A stretch of DNA of 64,000 bases, from the NCBI RefSeq assembly GCF_964188315.1, contig NC_135667.1, positions 9,672,001 through 9,736,000 of the forward strand, written 5' to 3'. Positions within the stretch are counted from its first letter, which is position 1. Every line of letters begins with the position of its first letter. Positions 23,909 to 37,792 of the stretch are shown in pieces. A model generated the notes under the pieces. That model did not search any database, was not told the DNA's origin, and saw nothing but the letters and a program-made list of their open reading frames with translations. The stretch is from Podarcis muralis. Taxonomy: Eukaryota. Made by a program: the position numbers and the translations under genes.

Positions 23909-24532
23909 TGTGTGTGTGTGTGTAGAGAGAGGGGGGGCAATGCTGTGTACCTTTGGGAAAGTAGGGCAGCTCTGCAAAATCCCTTAGGCAATGGAAAAAA
24001 CCTTCCTTGACTGTTTTTATGGCTCCTTAAAGTGCAATCCTATGGCAAGATTAATTGGATGCAGCAGATCTCCCACTCAGACGGCTGGTTCTTTGTCTTA
24101 AACCAATTCAACTCAACCATATGACTTGGCAACTTGGCATAGAACACTATTTTAAATGCTTGTTTTTCCTTTGCCGGCCTTAAGAGGAAAGCGGCAATAA
24201 CTCCACTGTGAACAGGGTTTGGATCTGGTGTACCTTTTTGCCAGCTTCTTGTGCATTGGGTTGCTGCCTAAGTCAGTTACAGAGGAAGATCGTTTTGCTT
24301 TGTTTCCTGGTCTCATCTGAATGGCCATTGTGAGAACAGAACCCTTGACTAGGTGGGTTTTGGGTCTGAGCCAGTAGGACTCTTCTTATATTCTGAGGCT
24401 TCACAGTCAGACAAACTGAAACACAGTTATGTCTTAGCTTGGGAAACTTTGCAGGGAAATGTTTCCACTCCTCGCTGTCACCTGAAACTGTATTTCTGTA
24501 GGACTATACAGCCCACAGTTGTCATTCTCATT

Positions 24533-24985
24533 TCTCTTAGCAATAGAAAAAGAAAACCACTTTCTTCTTGTTGTTCAAAGGTGATTTTCCTGCAACCTCA
24601 TCTTAAACTTTTTGCCTTCCATGGAGCCACAGTGCCACCAACAGCCATGTGACAAAACAGCGCCTCTCCCATCAACAGCAACAACAATAAAAAAAAGAGT
24701 CTGCAACTAATTTGTGAAACCCACAAGTAACAGCTGGAGTGCTGGTAGGTGAAAATATGGCTCAACAAGTTATATAGAAACTTTCTGTGGTTTTCACAAC
24801 GGAAACTACAAAATAAGACAGTTGCCTCTAATTAGTACTGCTTTGCTGCCCCCAAGAGAATTGTCGTCCAGTGTTAGATGAGATCTTGCCTCAAGTGGTC
24901 CTCCTCCAATGTGATTCAGCTTAGCTCATTTTCTTATTCTAATTGTAGACTGTGGTGGATGTGAGCATAATGGATTGCCCTTCTG
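24533..24985 (+). repeat. Diverged non-coding direct repeat, copy 1 (copy 2 at about 26334-26780)
   Basis: Shared blocks such as tttttgccttccatggagccacag, atggctcaacaagttatat, aaactttctgtggttttcac and ccccaagag. Confidence 0.8.
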
Positions 24986-25769
24986 TTCATGTATGTTTTC
25001 TGCCCCTAAGTAGTTGACCATCAAAGTGATCATTTTCTAGGTGGCATCTGCATTCTACATTGAAACCACCCTAGTATCGACTTTAAAAGTCAAGGAGGAT
25101 CCTGAAAACTATAGTTTGTTCAGTGTGATAGTCTCCCAGAGCTGTAATTCCCAGCATGCTCAAAAAAGTACAGTTCTCTGGATTCTCCATGGAACTTTAG
25201 CAGTGATGGAGAATTCTGGGAAGCTTGATGGAGAATTCTGGGAAGCTTCACTTCTCAGCACCCTATTGGACTACAACTTTCAAGGTCTCTGGCCATGGAG
25301 CCTAGGACTGATGGAAGTTGGAGTCCAACACATTTGCAGGGCCACAAGTTCCACAAACTTGATTCAAGCCACAGCTAATTAGAAACAGGACCTTCAGGAC
25401 CTTCAGAAAATAGGACAACTCCACAAAATTCCTTAACTACTTGGAAAACCCTTTCTTTGTGGCTCATTAGTGAATTATATCAGTTCTAAAGATGCTGGTT
25501 CATGTTTTTGCTGTGTGTCCAGGGAAGAGAAAACTTCCTCTGTTTGCTTAAGGGCTTCGTAGAGGCAACTGTCTGGCTATTTTGAGAACATAATGCTGGA
25601 CTACGTGGGCTGTTGTTCTGATTTAATAGGACCCTTCTAGTATTCTTTGTTTAGTCTGGAAGGTTCACAGCTCAGAATAACTGAAACCCGGGTGTGGAGA
25701 AATGGTTTTAGCATGGGGAGCTTTGCAAAGGAGACAGTTAAATGTATCCATTCCTCACTACCCCCTGAA

Positions 25770-26229
25770 ACCATACTGGGAGTGGCTGCTGAGAACATAT
25801 AACACCAGTCCTGAAAGACATACATTGGCTCCCAGTACGTTTCTGAGCAGAATTCAAAGTGTTGGTGCTGACCTTTAAAGCTGTAAATGGCCTCAGTCCA
25901 GTATACCTGAAGGAGCATCTCCAACCCCATCATTCAGCCTGGACACTGAGGTCCAGCACCGAGGGCCTTCTGGCGGTTCCCTCCCTGCGAGAAGTGAGGT
26001 TACGGGGAACCAGGCAGAGGGCCTTCTTGGCACTGGCGCCTGCCTTGTGGAACGCCCTCCCATCAGATGTCAAGGAAATAAACAACTATCTGACTTTTAG
26101 AAGACACCTGAAGGCAGACCTGTTTAGGGACATTTTTAATGTTTGATGTTTTATTGTGCTTTTAATATTCTGTTGGGAGCTGCCCAGAGTGGCTGGGGAA
26201 ACCCAGCCAGATGGGTGGGGGATAAATTA

Positions 26230-26282
<53 letters not shown>
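25770..26282 (+). mobile_element. L2 LINE 3' end with (GAT)n tail
   Basis: LHWLPVRF.AEFKVLVLTFKAVNGL...RAFLALAPALWNALP C-terminus, followed by the gggaaacccagccagatgg 3' UTR. Confidence 0.85.
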
Positions 26283-26333
26283 ACTTTTGTAAGAGTAGGC
26301 ATCCTAAAATCAGCATCCCCCCCCTTACCCTTC

Positions 26334-26780
26334 CTCTTAGCAATAAAAAAGGAAACCACTTTCTACTCATTGTTTGCCGAAAGCCACTTTTCTGCAAACC
26401 TTACCTTAACTTTTTTTGCCTTCCATGGAGCCACAGCACCACCCACAGCCCTGCAAGCAAACAGCAGCCTCTCCCCCACCAAAGATAAAAAACAGAGTCT
26501 GCAATTCATTTACAAAACCCCAAAGTAACATCTGTGGTGGTGCTGAAGGAAAGTATGGCTCAACAAGTTATATGAAACTTTCTGTGGTTTTCACACACAA
26601 GAACTAGAAAACAATACGGCTACCTCTAATTTCTAGGCCTTTGCTGACCCCAAGAGGCTGGTCTAATTTTAAGATTAGATATTTGCCCATGTGGCTTCCA
26701 GTGCAATCCTTTTTCTTACTCTAATTATTGACTGGTGATTCTGAGAGCAATTGATTGCCCCTATGTATTGCCCCTGTGTC
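26334..26780 (+). repeat. Diverged non-coding direct repeat, copy 2
   Basis: Colinear homology to 24533-24985. Confidence 0.8.
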
Positions 26781-26786
26781 TTTGGA

Positions 26787-26884
26787 CAGCGCCGGCTCCC
26801 GGCCTCTTGAGCGAGATAAGCGTGCAACCCTAGAGTCGGTCACGACTAGCCGTGAGGGGCAGGGGTACCTTTACCTTTACCTTT
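26787..26884 (+). mobile_element. Sauria SINE 3' fragment
   Basis: gccggctcc...gcgagataagcg..caaccctagagtcgg...(TTTACC)n. Confidence 0.75.
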
Positions 26885-28038
26885 TATGTATTGATTGCCT
26901 CTGCTGCTCTCAAGTGGTTGGCCACCAATGTGATCCTCCTGGGTTTATTTTCTCAATTGAGGTCACATCCATACCATACATTTTGGGCTTGTCCACACTT
27001 CTGCTTCCCCTGTGCCCACAAATCACAGATCTGAGTGGTTGTCTACTTGTCCCATGCTATCTAAGCATGAGTCGGAGTGGTTTTGCCTTTGCCCCACTGC
27101 TTTCCCCCAGAAAACCTGCTCTTTAGCACTAAATAAGAACAAACAGCCATCCATCGAAAATCCAATTGCCATACATTCTGATTCAGTGCTAAAGACTGGG
27201 TTTCCCTGGGGAAACCTAACAGGGTTAATGTAGGTGCAGATGAGCACTTAAAGCACTGCTATACCACTTTAACAGTCATGTCTAATTCTGGGAACTGTAG
27301 GCTGTTAATGGTGCTAATTTCCCAGAGCTGCAACTTCCAGCATCCTAAACCATACCTCTCAACTGTCCTGTTTTGAGCAGGACATCCTAGAGTTACAGAA
27401 GCCATCCTGTCTTCTGATTGGATCCTGGGATGTTCCGTTTTGGCTGCCGCAAGGGCACTGCTCTGAAAGAAGCACATTTTGGGAGGCCGCACTCTTGCAT
27501 GAGTCACCTGGCTCCCACAAGAGAGAAACCCTGAAAGAAGCACATTTGGGGGTGTGCGTGCCATCTCGTGCGAGTCATATGATTCACTCGGGAGCATGGC
27601 CCCAAAAGATGAAAATCCTGATTTTCTTCTGCGGCATGTTGGAAGCTATGCCTTAACAAAGTACAGCTCCCAGGATTCCCTGTGACTGTCAAAGTGCTTT
27701 AAATGTATGCTATGAATGTGATGCTATTGACTATGGTGGATGTGATAGCAAGCAAAGGAATGAATTGTTCTGACAATCTTCAGCAAGGCTGGCGTCTGCA
27801 CCTGGTATGTGAACAGCACCCAAGATCATGGAACTCTGTTCCTAAGAAGATTTGGTGAACACTCTCTTCAGTGTTTGGAGGGTGTTTCAACACCTTTTTT
27901 CTTATTATATTCCAATGTGCTATTAAATTGTTTACTGCCCTCTTGTGGCAATGCATTTTTTTAACCAGCGCAACTATTCACTCTTTTTTATCGCTGCGGT
28001 GAATTTTAAAAATTGACCTTAGTTTGCATCTCTCATTA

Positions 28039-28090
<52 letters not shown>

Positions 28091-28314
28091 TCCTCTGTGA
28101 CAGCCCCAAATCTGTGGGATACCCTCCCCACAAAAGTGAATCTGGCACCTTGATTATGTATTGCTTGTTGTATGCTGAAATTGCATCCAATTTACTTTTG
28201 CCTTTGATGCCTGAATTATATATTTTAGTTCCAACTTGACAGTAACTTGCTTTAACTAATTTTAATATTGTATTTTTAAATTGTTGTAGCTCATCTTGGG
28301 ACCACATGTTGAAG

Positions 28315-28449
28315 NNNNNNNNNNNNNNNNNNNNNNNNNNNNNNNNNNNNNNNNNNNNNNNNNNNNNNNNNNNNNNNNNNNNNNNNNNNNNNNNNNNNNN
28401 NNNNNNNNNNNNNNNNNNNNNNNNNNNNNNNNNNNNNNNNNNNNNNNNN
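28315..28449. other. Assembly gap (N run)
   Basis: Run of n. Confidence 1.
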
Positions 28450-29221
28450 ATGCTTGCGTCTAATTTAAGGTTTGTGTTTTGTTTGGGTTTGGCCACTAGG
28501 TGTCGTGACAACACTTGTGAAGTGCAACAGGCATCTTGTAGAAAAGTGTATGAAATTTCTTTCCAGCTTCTGCAGTACAAAATGTAATTGTGAGGCGGTA
28601 CGAGCAATTGTTACAGCTTAGGTAATCCAGGCACCACTTTAAGCTCTCCTCAAATAATAATGAGAAGTATGGTTTGTTACTCCACTGCCCTCCCCAGAAT
28701 TACAGTTCTCAGAGTGGATTAACAGGAGCTATATTTGCCAGTATTGTGAACTCGGTGGCAGTGGGGAGCAGGGTTGTTAAACAAGTTCTCTTTTCACTAG
28801 TTAACCTGGCAAAAGACTTGCTTGGCTATTTTAAAAGGCACTTTCGTCGCATTCAATATATGGTACAGCATTAAGCAATTGTTCTCCCATTCAAACCAAG
28901 CCATCATGAGAAATGGCAGTCTATGGACCACATGATGCTTTAACAGAGTTCACATTTGTGTTCCACTTTCCACTGACACCAGAGTGGCACAGAAAAAGGG
29001 TTGGGTCACCTCACTTTATGCTGACTGTGAGATAGATCAGGATCAATCAGGGACTGCCCCAAGGTCGCTTAGTGAATGTCACAGATGTTCAGGGTTGTGG
29101 ATCCCAGTCTTCAAGCCTAAGTCCACCATGCTAACCACTATACCATCAATTGTCAGCTCACTATAAGATCAGCAAAGCTGCCTGCCTTTTTGGATTCTCC
29201 ATGGGGATGTGTGCCTATGAG

Positions 29222-29455
29222 TTTGGATTTGATATCCCGCTTTATCACTACCGGAAGGAGTCTCAAAGCAGCTAACATTCTCCTTTCCCTTCCTCCCCCA
29301 CAACAAACACTCTGTGAGGTGAGTGGGGCTGAGAGACTTCAGAGAAGTGTGACTAGCCCAAGGTCACCCAGCAGCTGCATGTGGAGGAGCGGAGACGCGA
29401 ACCCGGTTCCCCAGATTACAAGACCACCACTCTTAACCACTACACCACAATGGCT
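29222..29455 (-). mobile_element. tRNA-derived SINE (Squam3-like), full length
   Basis: Reverse complement of the 16079 element, including the 3' end gcgggatatcaaatccaaac. Confidence 0.85.
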
Positions 29456-30496
29456 CTCTATGAGTGACTGTGATTATAAGCTCCCGTATTTCAGGATTGA
29501 GTACTACTCATAGGAGCATATGAAGCTGCTTTATACTGAGCTCACAATAGTGGTCCAATCCAAATTTTCCACACTGGTTAGCATCAGTCCTTCAGGTTTG
29601 CACTGTTAGTATCACTTTCGCCATGCATTTCCACTGCAGGAGTCAGAGAATCATTAGCAATATAGTCCTTCCTTGAAAAACTATGATCCCTCTTCTGACT
29701 CAGGGAATCGTAGAACTGTACATAGTCATCTAGTCCAGCCCCCTGCAATGCAGGAATCAGCAAACTGCAGTCTATATCTTTCTTTTTTTTAAAAAAACAA
29801 CACAAACAAATATTACAAGCATAACATACAAAAAAGCAAAAAACAAACTAATCGTACATTAGATATTTCTAGATAGTTATTACAGCATATATAATTGAAT
29901 TGTCAAGAATCCCAAATAAATGTGTATTATATCAAAGAAGTAAAAAGAGAGAGAGAAAAGGAGGGGGGAGAGAAAATTGCACGACGACAAAACCAAAAAA
30001 CTAACAAAACTAAAATGACCTATTAAACAAAAAGCAAGATTTAATTCATTCAAACCAGTACCAGGGTACTCTACTGGTATTCTACTCACAAAGCCCCTCC
30101 TACTGGATTGAGTCCCTTTGTTGGTTTGTTGACTTCTGTCTACTCTTTGCGGTTTCAATTAATCCATTTCTATCTTTGATCTGTATTTAATTATTTGTCT
30201 CCATCTTGGGATACCTCTATCTTAGAAATTAATCTAAACACAGCCAAGTCTTATTGTCACAATGGACATATTTGAACACAATATGCACATTTATAGAATA
30301 TGCACTTTAGACATTTGGGTACCTTTTTTAAAAAAATAAGCCAAGAAATTTGGAAAAGTGAGATGTTCTTCTGACCCACCTGTTAGTCTGAGAGGTGCAA
30401 ATTTGGGCGGTTTGGTTAAAAATGTGGACCACATGGAAGCCTTCTCTATCCCTAGCACTAGATTGCTCTGTAAGTTTTTCCAACACAGTCCAGATC

Positions 30497-31447
30497 TCAC
30501 AGTATAAGTGGATTCTGCACCTTCTTTCCTAAGGCTTTCCGTAAAGCCTCCTTGACTTCATTGTTCCTGATGGTGTATATGAAAGGATTTAGCACTGGAG
30601 TGATCACAGTGTTCAGCACAGAGATGGCTTTGTTGAGGCTGAAAGATGAGTGTTTGGCAGAAGGTCTTAAGTAGATAAAAAGGACTGCCCCGTACAGGAT
30701 GCTGACCACAGTCAGGTGGGAGGCACAGGTGGAGAAGGCCCTCCGTTGTCCGCTGGCTGATGGGATGCGCAGAATCGTGGAGATGATGAAGATGTAAGAT
30801 ACCACCGTTAGCATCAGGGAGCCCAGGATCACAGCCACAGCAATCAGGAAGCCGAGGGCTTCAATAAGATGCGTGTCTCCACCGGCGATCTTCAACATGG
30901 GCCCAATGTCGCAATAGAAATGGTTGACAACATTGGAGCCACAGAAGGGAAGCCTTACGACCAGCACTGTCTGCAAAAGGATGGTGCAGAAGCCCCCTAG
31001 CCATGTAACCAGCGAAAGTTGAAGGCAGACATTGGAGGTCATGATGGTGGTGTACCTGAGCGGCTGACAGATGGCTAAGTACCTATCAAAGGACATGACT
31101 GTGAGGATGTAAAACTCCGTGATGCCAAAGAGGAAGTGGAAGTAGGACTGGGCCATGCAACAATAGAAGCAGATTGTCGTCTTTGCCGACAGGAGGTTGG
31201 TCAACATCATGGGAACAACGGCAGTGGTGTACCACATCTCCAGGAAAGAGAGGTTACTAAGGAAGAAGTACATGGGCTTCTGGAGCCGACGGTCCACTTT
31301 CACCATGACAATAATGAGACCATTCCCTGCAACTGACAAAATGTAGAGCAGGAGGACCACGAGGAACAAGGTGATGTTCATTCCCCAAATATGTGGGAAT
31401 CCAAGCAAGATGAACTCTGACACTCTTGTGCAATTGGTCAAATCCAT
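30497..31447 (-). CDS. Olfactory receptor, family-6-like, intact, 316 aa
   Basis: MDLTNCTRVSEFILLGF, LQKPMYFFLSNLS, MSFDRYLAICQPLRY, RAFSTCASHL and LNPFIYTIRN motifs. Confidence 0.95.
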   Translation of the reverse strand: MDLTNCTRVSEFILLGFPHIWGMNITLFLVVLLLYILSVAGNGLIIVMVKVDRRLQKPMYFFLSNLSFLEMWYTTAVVPMMLTNLLSAKTTICFYCCMAQSYFHFLFGITEFYILTVMSFDRYLAICQPLRYTTIMTSNVCLQLSLVTWLGGFCTILLQTVLVVRLPFCGSNVVNHFYCDIGPMLKIAGGDTHLIEALGFLIAVAVILGSLMLTVVSYIFIISTILRIPSASGQRRAFSTCASHLTVVSILYGAVLFIYLRPSAKHSSFSLNKAISVLNTVITPVLNPFIYTIRNNEVKEALRKALGKKVQNPLIL

Positions 31448-34391
31448 AACTGGGCTCACCAAGATTGATAAGAGAGAGGTGATGGAAACTTTAAAAATTA
31501 TTATTTGGATATTCAATTCATCCTGCACTAAAATGGAGAGCAGAATACATTTTCTCTTCTTATTTCATTGAATTTCCCATATCCCCGTGTTATTTTAATG
31601 GGTTTAGCTAAAGCATGTCTATCCCGCTCTTTAGCAAAATAAAAACATAAAAAGAGGCTCCCACAGGTTCATGCAAGATCAGGTGAAAGATAGTCTATTT
31701 CTTCACACAATCTAAAATTCATGACACACAAAGAAATGGGGATAAGGAGTGAGGAGTGAAAAATCAAGGTCAGAGACCTGTTTTTAAAGTCAAAGCCAAA
31801 AATCCTGGATCCAAGTTTGGATTCAGTTAAGTTCTAAAAATCCAAACTAAATCAAATTCAGTCTCCATTTCTAATGCCAGTATTTCCTTCCAATAAGACT
31901 ACAGAGTATTTCCTTCCATCAGACTACAGAGGGAGGGAAGAGAACTAGGTGTATCTTATTGCCGCTGCTGAAATACTGTCACCTGGCAGCAGGCAGACGT
32001 TCACGGAGGTATTGCTGTACAATGTTTTAACTTAATTTAACTGCTCATTTAAAATCACTGTATATATTGGAATTATGTTTTTACCAACCTCCATTTTTCT
32101 TATGGACTGCCTTGTGGAAGCTTTGGCCTTGAAAAGGCAGCCACGGAATATTTAAAATAAATGAACAATGTAGCTCTTGAAAACATTTTTAATTTAGACA
32201 CTTATATGTTCCAGGAGTGGGGAACCAATGGCCCTTCAAATGTTGCTGGATATCATTTCCCATCATCTCTGATCATAAGCCATGATGATTGGGGGCTGAT
32301 GTGATCTGAAGACCAAAAACAGCTGGAGAGTTGCAGGTGGTCCTCTCTTGTTTTAAAAGTACCATTTACATGCATTAGTTAATAGCTGCTAGCTGCACTG
32401 GTTGTATTCCTCTTCTGCTGTTGTAGGCAATATGCCTCTGAATGCCACTTGCTGACCCTGCACTGAGGAGAAATGGTGGGAGACTCCCCCTCCCCCTGCT
32501 CATGATCAACATCCTGAATCTTCCCAGGAGCAGGAGAACAGTATAGATTTGGACCAGTGGTTTGCAGAGGGACATAGTTCAGAAGGCAGAAGCTGGGAAA
32601 TACTGGATGGAGAAGAAGCACTGGGAGAGAGAGAGAGATTAACTGTCTCTGGAAAGCATCCATCTGCTCAGCCCAAGGTCAAGGAGAGCAGTTAAGGTGC
32701 CTGCACAGAAGCACAGTGGTTACGAGCTCAGGTTGCAAGATGCAGTAGTGATGTGGGTGACTAGGGAGGAAGTGGGTGGGACCCTTAATTGGGAGCACCT
32801 TCATTCCTAGGAAATGGATTCTTTGTTCTCTCTCTGTGGTCATTAAAATTTCTAACTGGTGAGGAGACTCCTTTTCCTTTGTTCTGCTTATCTACTGTCA
32901 AAGGGGGAGGGGGAGGAAGCCAATTCCCTGAAGCCTGACACTTGCTGGGGATCACAGGTGGGGATAGAGCTGCTGTTGCACTTAGATCATGCTCATGGGC
33001 TTCCTATAAGGGGCATCTGGTGGGTCACTATGAGAAGAGGATGCTGGACTCTATGGGCCTTTGGTGAGATCCAGCTGGGCACACACACAAGTTTCTACAT
33101 ATATTAACCACTATAGCTATGTTGTACTTCTAATATTCCTCTGAATACAAAGTGGCAAGAGTTCTCATAATGGGTGGCAGAGTGAGACAAGAAGCCCCCA
33201 GTAAAACACAAAAAAACATTATATCTACTTTCTGCTTCGATCAACACAATTTTGAAAAGAAACCACAGATGAAGTCAGTGGGGAAGTGAGAAGGGAGGGA
33301 GAGGTTTGTTGTTGTTGTTTTTAGCAGAATACAGATTCTTTTAGCAGAATAAACATTTCGAATAAGGGCTGTTTTCAGGTCTAGGTTTGGAGAATCTGAG
33401 AAATGATACAAAGCAAGGCAAGAGGGTGCTTCTGCAGGAAATGAACGCATGACTGAAAACTAATGAGTATTTGCTTTAAGACTACAAAGCGTATTTTCTA
33501 AAAAGGGATGGGTGGGGGATTATATACTCACATTATAGCTATTGGATCCATCACAAATGTGCCAATAGTGCATGCTCAGGCCAACAATCAGATAGCCAAT
33601 TATACATTTTTGCCAGTCATATTCCAGATGTATCACCCTACTGAAATGAAATCCTATGGATTTTCTTCTTCAGAAGTCTTGGAGTTTTATCCAGCTGCCA
33701 TTCTATCCTGTCCTTTCCCTTAGTGTCAGCTACATAGCTATATCTGTTCTGATTGATCTCCTATCTCTGTCTACCAACCCTGCTGATGATTGCCTTGAGA
33801 TTATTGCTCCCTAGACCTGCAAAGCATGTGTTGAAACATCAAGATGCACAATGCTGTGTCTGCAATTTGGTGTATGCGTATGTGTTTAAATTTATCTGCA
33901 CTGTTTAAACACTTTCCCACAAATTATACGGTGCAAATGAGGAGCTATCTATGGATCTTCTGCATAATGTTTTTGGATTCGCTCTCTAATGATTAGCCCT
34001 GTAATTTCCCATAAGGGAAATCAACATTCTGCATTACAAATAGTTTTGAATTCACCTAACTAAAAAATAATTTGCTTTTGAATTAAGCACTTATTTATTA
34101 ACTAGCTGTTGCACTCAGCTCCTGCTTCTGGTCTTCCCCATGGCTTCTGATTGGCTACTGTAAGAACCGGATGCTGGACTAGATGGGCAATGGCCTGATC
34201 CAGCAGGATTCTCATATGTTCTTAGGACTTCTTCATCACCCTTAAAGAATGTGAAAGGCACAGCAGGCTTAATTCCATATTCCATATTATTATTACAACA
34301 TCTAAAGCCAATTTAATGGTTCCTTGCCTATTAACATGATAAATGTTGATGCTACAGACTGCTCAATCTGTAATGGACTGGATTAGGCATA

Positions 34392-34651
34392 CAGTGGTAC
34401 CTCGGGATGCGAATGGGATCCGTTCCGGAGCCCCGTTCACATCCTGAATAGAACGTAAGATGTGACAATGTGTCTGCACGTGCAAGGGTCATGTTTCGCT
34501 GCTTCCGCGCATGCGTGTGATGTCATTTTGACTGTCTGTGCATGCATGAGTGGCAAAACCCAGAAGTAACTCACTCTGTTACTTCTGGGTCACTGCGGAG
34601 CGCAACCCGAAAGCGCTCAACCTGAAGCGTATTTATCCCGAGGTATGACTG
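34392..34651. mobile_element. Tc1/mariner MITE
   Basis: cagtggtacctcgggat ... atcccgaggtatgactg termini, with TA on the left. Confidence 0.8.
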
Positions 34652-36424
34652 CATTGGGAGGGTAGGCTTTTCAAATGAAATCAATGTATTACAAGTGAGA
34701 TCAGCAGTAGGATATTGCAGAATTCAAAGTTCTAGTTAGTCAGCCATGCTCTTTTCTGAAATACACCATTCCATGATCCCCCGAAAGGTTTTCTCTCCCT
34801 CCTACACACGCACACAATGGACACTCAGAATTCTGTGGCCACTGAATATGATGAGCCCTCATTGCATTATGCTGCGGTTCCCTTGCTTACATTTTTTCTA
34901 AAGCATATTTCTGCAAACCTTCTGCATGTAGACAGCACTAATGATACTGTGTTTCACCAGACACATGGATAGTCCAATGGAACCACATGTCACTGTCCTG
35001 TAAACTCTGGCTGCCAGTGAGCTGGTGGGCCCAATTCAAGCTGTTGGTGCTATCATATAAAGCCATTAAAAAGGCTTGGAGCCCAAGTACAGAAAAAGAG
35101 AACCTTCTACAATATCAATTATCTCAGGCCCTGAGATCATCCAGTGAGGCCTTGTTGGTGGTGCAACAACTAGGGAAGCCTGGCTGGTGTAGATCCATGA
35201 TAGGGTCTGCTCAGTGGTGATTCCCCATTTATGGAATGCCCTCTTTAGAGAGGTGTAGCCATCTCCATCATTATTCACTTTTAGGAGGAATTTGAAAACA
35301 CTTCTGTTTACCCCCTGTTCCTTAGATCACTGGTTAAGGGAATGTTTTTAACTGTTTCTGGTTTAGAGTGTTGTTTAAAAACAAACAAACAAACAAAAAC
35401 ACACAGCCATCATAGAAAACCAGCAGAATCCCTAATCTGTCCTGATTACCCAATGCCAGGAATACAAATTCTATATTCCCCTAAATGGACAGAGAGGCTG
35501 GAGAGAGAGAGAGGGGGGGGGATCTCTGTAGACCATGAGTGTTTGGCAGTCCCCACCGCTGGCATTCATTACTTCATAGGTTGTTGGTCATAGGTTGATT
35601 GACAGCTATAACATCTGGGTAAAGTATTGCACAGGTGAATTATAAGCGTGTATAAATGAAACTGGAGAAACATCATGAAAAAGTACATGGGGAAATGTAC
35701 ACTTTTCCCCCTTAGAATATATGGATGACAAATTTGTTTCAGTTGCTTTTGACAACCCACATATTTACACATTTTTGTCTACTTGAAGAAGCCATGGTCC
35801 GATCTGAAAAATACAAATATTTAGATTACAAAACTATAAAAATAAAGAAAAATTAAGTCTGCAAAGCAATTATTACCATGTGGTTAGGGTAGATCAACGT
35901 GTCAATGTCCACTTATCCCCAGTGTAAATATGACATATCGGCAAAAGTCGGAAATTGAAAGATAACTTACAGCACATACACAAAAATTTATTTCAGATTT
36001 GAAATCAGCATTGAAAGAACATATAAGAACAGTTGAAAAATCTCATGCAACAGAAAATGGGAAAAAAAAGTTCCCCAGTATACTGTGTATCCCAAGGGAA
36101 TACATTTTTTGCATACCTCTAACTGTACATAGGTATGCATGTCATTTTCAATGCTATACATGTCATGTTCAATGCTATATAAGTCACTTACATTTATATT
36201 CATATTGTACTACTTTGGCTATGTGTTTAATAAAATCTTGAATTCTTGCATTGTGAAAAACAAAGATTATGGTGAAAAGTGAAAAACATGAATTGCAAAA
36301 AAAACTAGAGCTTACAGAACAAAACCAACTTCAGATATGAAATCAGCACATCAAAATTAGGTTAGAACAACTGCAGGTGTCAATACAACAACAAAAATTC
36401 TTTCCCAGTAATATCAACACATAA

Positions 36425-36830
36425 GCCAGGTTGATTCAACATCACCCGTTCCTAACATCACCTTTGGGTGTTGCTTATGGAAAATCACAGTGCAACATAT
36501 CCTCAGAGACAAAATCCCAGACGTTTTGCAGAAGATGAGGACAGAGCTTCATGATTTGTGAAAAAGGCTTCATATGGTGTAGATGAAATATTCATTTCAT
36601 GTATGGCTCAGGAGTAGGTTTAGAACATCAGTGAAATACCTTTTACAATGAAACTTGGATAGTTATATTTGAAATGTGGATAGTCTTGAAGGAAACATTT
36701 CTCCATCTTCCCCCTTGGTTCTCTAGCTAAACAAGAGAAGGAAAACACTGTACATCTTTTTATGGAAACAGGTATCATGGAAACCCAGCTTTTTATGGGA
36801 ATACATTGATCATCGCGGTGGTGGTGAAAA
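36425..36830 (+). repeat. Diverged non-coding block duplicated at about 40600-41040
   Basis: Shared ctttgggtgtt, agagaca.aatcccaga, ggtgtagatgaaatat, catcagtgaaata and ttgaaggaaacat blocks in the same order. Confidence 0.75.
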
Positions 36831-37445
36831 TACGCTAATTATCTTTCAGGTATTTTGATGTTTTAAGTGACATTGAATTCATTCTTTTCCTGTACTGGGA
36901 ATGTTCTTCTCCTCCCCCCCTCACTAAGTTGTACTGTTTAAAGTTAGGTTCAAGCATATATTCAAATGAGTTTATTAAATTCATTGTTTCTGGAAATTAA
37001 AAATATCAAACTGAGGGTTCTACAATATATTTGAAAATTAGAATAAGACTGCAGAGATGTAGATTTAATGGGTGAGATCTAACATACAGAGAATGGACAT
37101 CATTTCTCTCCTCCTTCCTATGATCATCCTTACACTCTTTTTCTCCCATCCCACTCCCTGCCATCCCATGCTTTAAAACTAGAAATGCAGGAGAAATCTA
37201 ATTCATTTCTCACATAATTATCACTTTCTGATGCAGTGCACAAACCCAAACATAGTCATCCCTTGAAATTTGCACCTCTCTGAATTTTTCAATGCACTTT
37301 TTCAGCCAAGTAATGTGTACAAAATTGCACAGACTAGGTAGGAAGGAAGAGTAGAAATTTGATTCAATTCACATTTAAAGGCAAGCCTTTCTAATTAGCA
37401 TTCTCCAAAGCAATACATGGCTCAAGCATAGCTATCCTTCTATAT

Positions 37446-37792
37446 CAGGCATAGGCAACCTAAGGCCCATGGGCCGCAAGCAGCCCACGGGGGTCGTTTA
37501 ACCCGCCCATGAACTGCCCTGAACCGAGCCGCCCGCTCAGCGAGTCCTTGCACGCTTCTCTAAACTGGCATAGCGTGGCGCGGGGACTCGCTTCCGCAGC
37601 ACCGGAATTCACATCTGTGCATGTGCAGATGCCAGAAATCACGTCTGCGCAGTTGCAGACGTCAAAAATCACATCTGCGCAGGCATCCAGAAATGGCAGA
37701 CACACGCTCTCAAGCATGCGCACAATCTGGCCCATAGAGGGATCTCCGCTGGAGTGAACCGGCCCAGGCAAGGTAAATCCTGCCGACCCCTG
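37446..37792. mobile_element. hAT-type MITE
   Basis: caggcataggcaa ... ctgccgacccctg termini; degenerate 8-bp flanks ttctatat / ttataaat. Confidence 0.7.

Noticed and set aside
24629-24661. CACAGTG followed by ACAAAACAG
   Set aside because: The spacer is 17 nt, and the motif is not retained in the duplicate copy.
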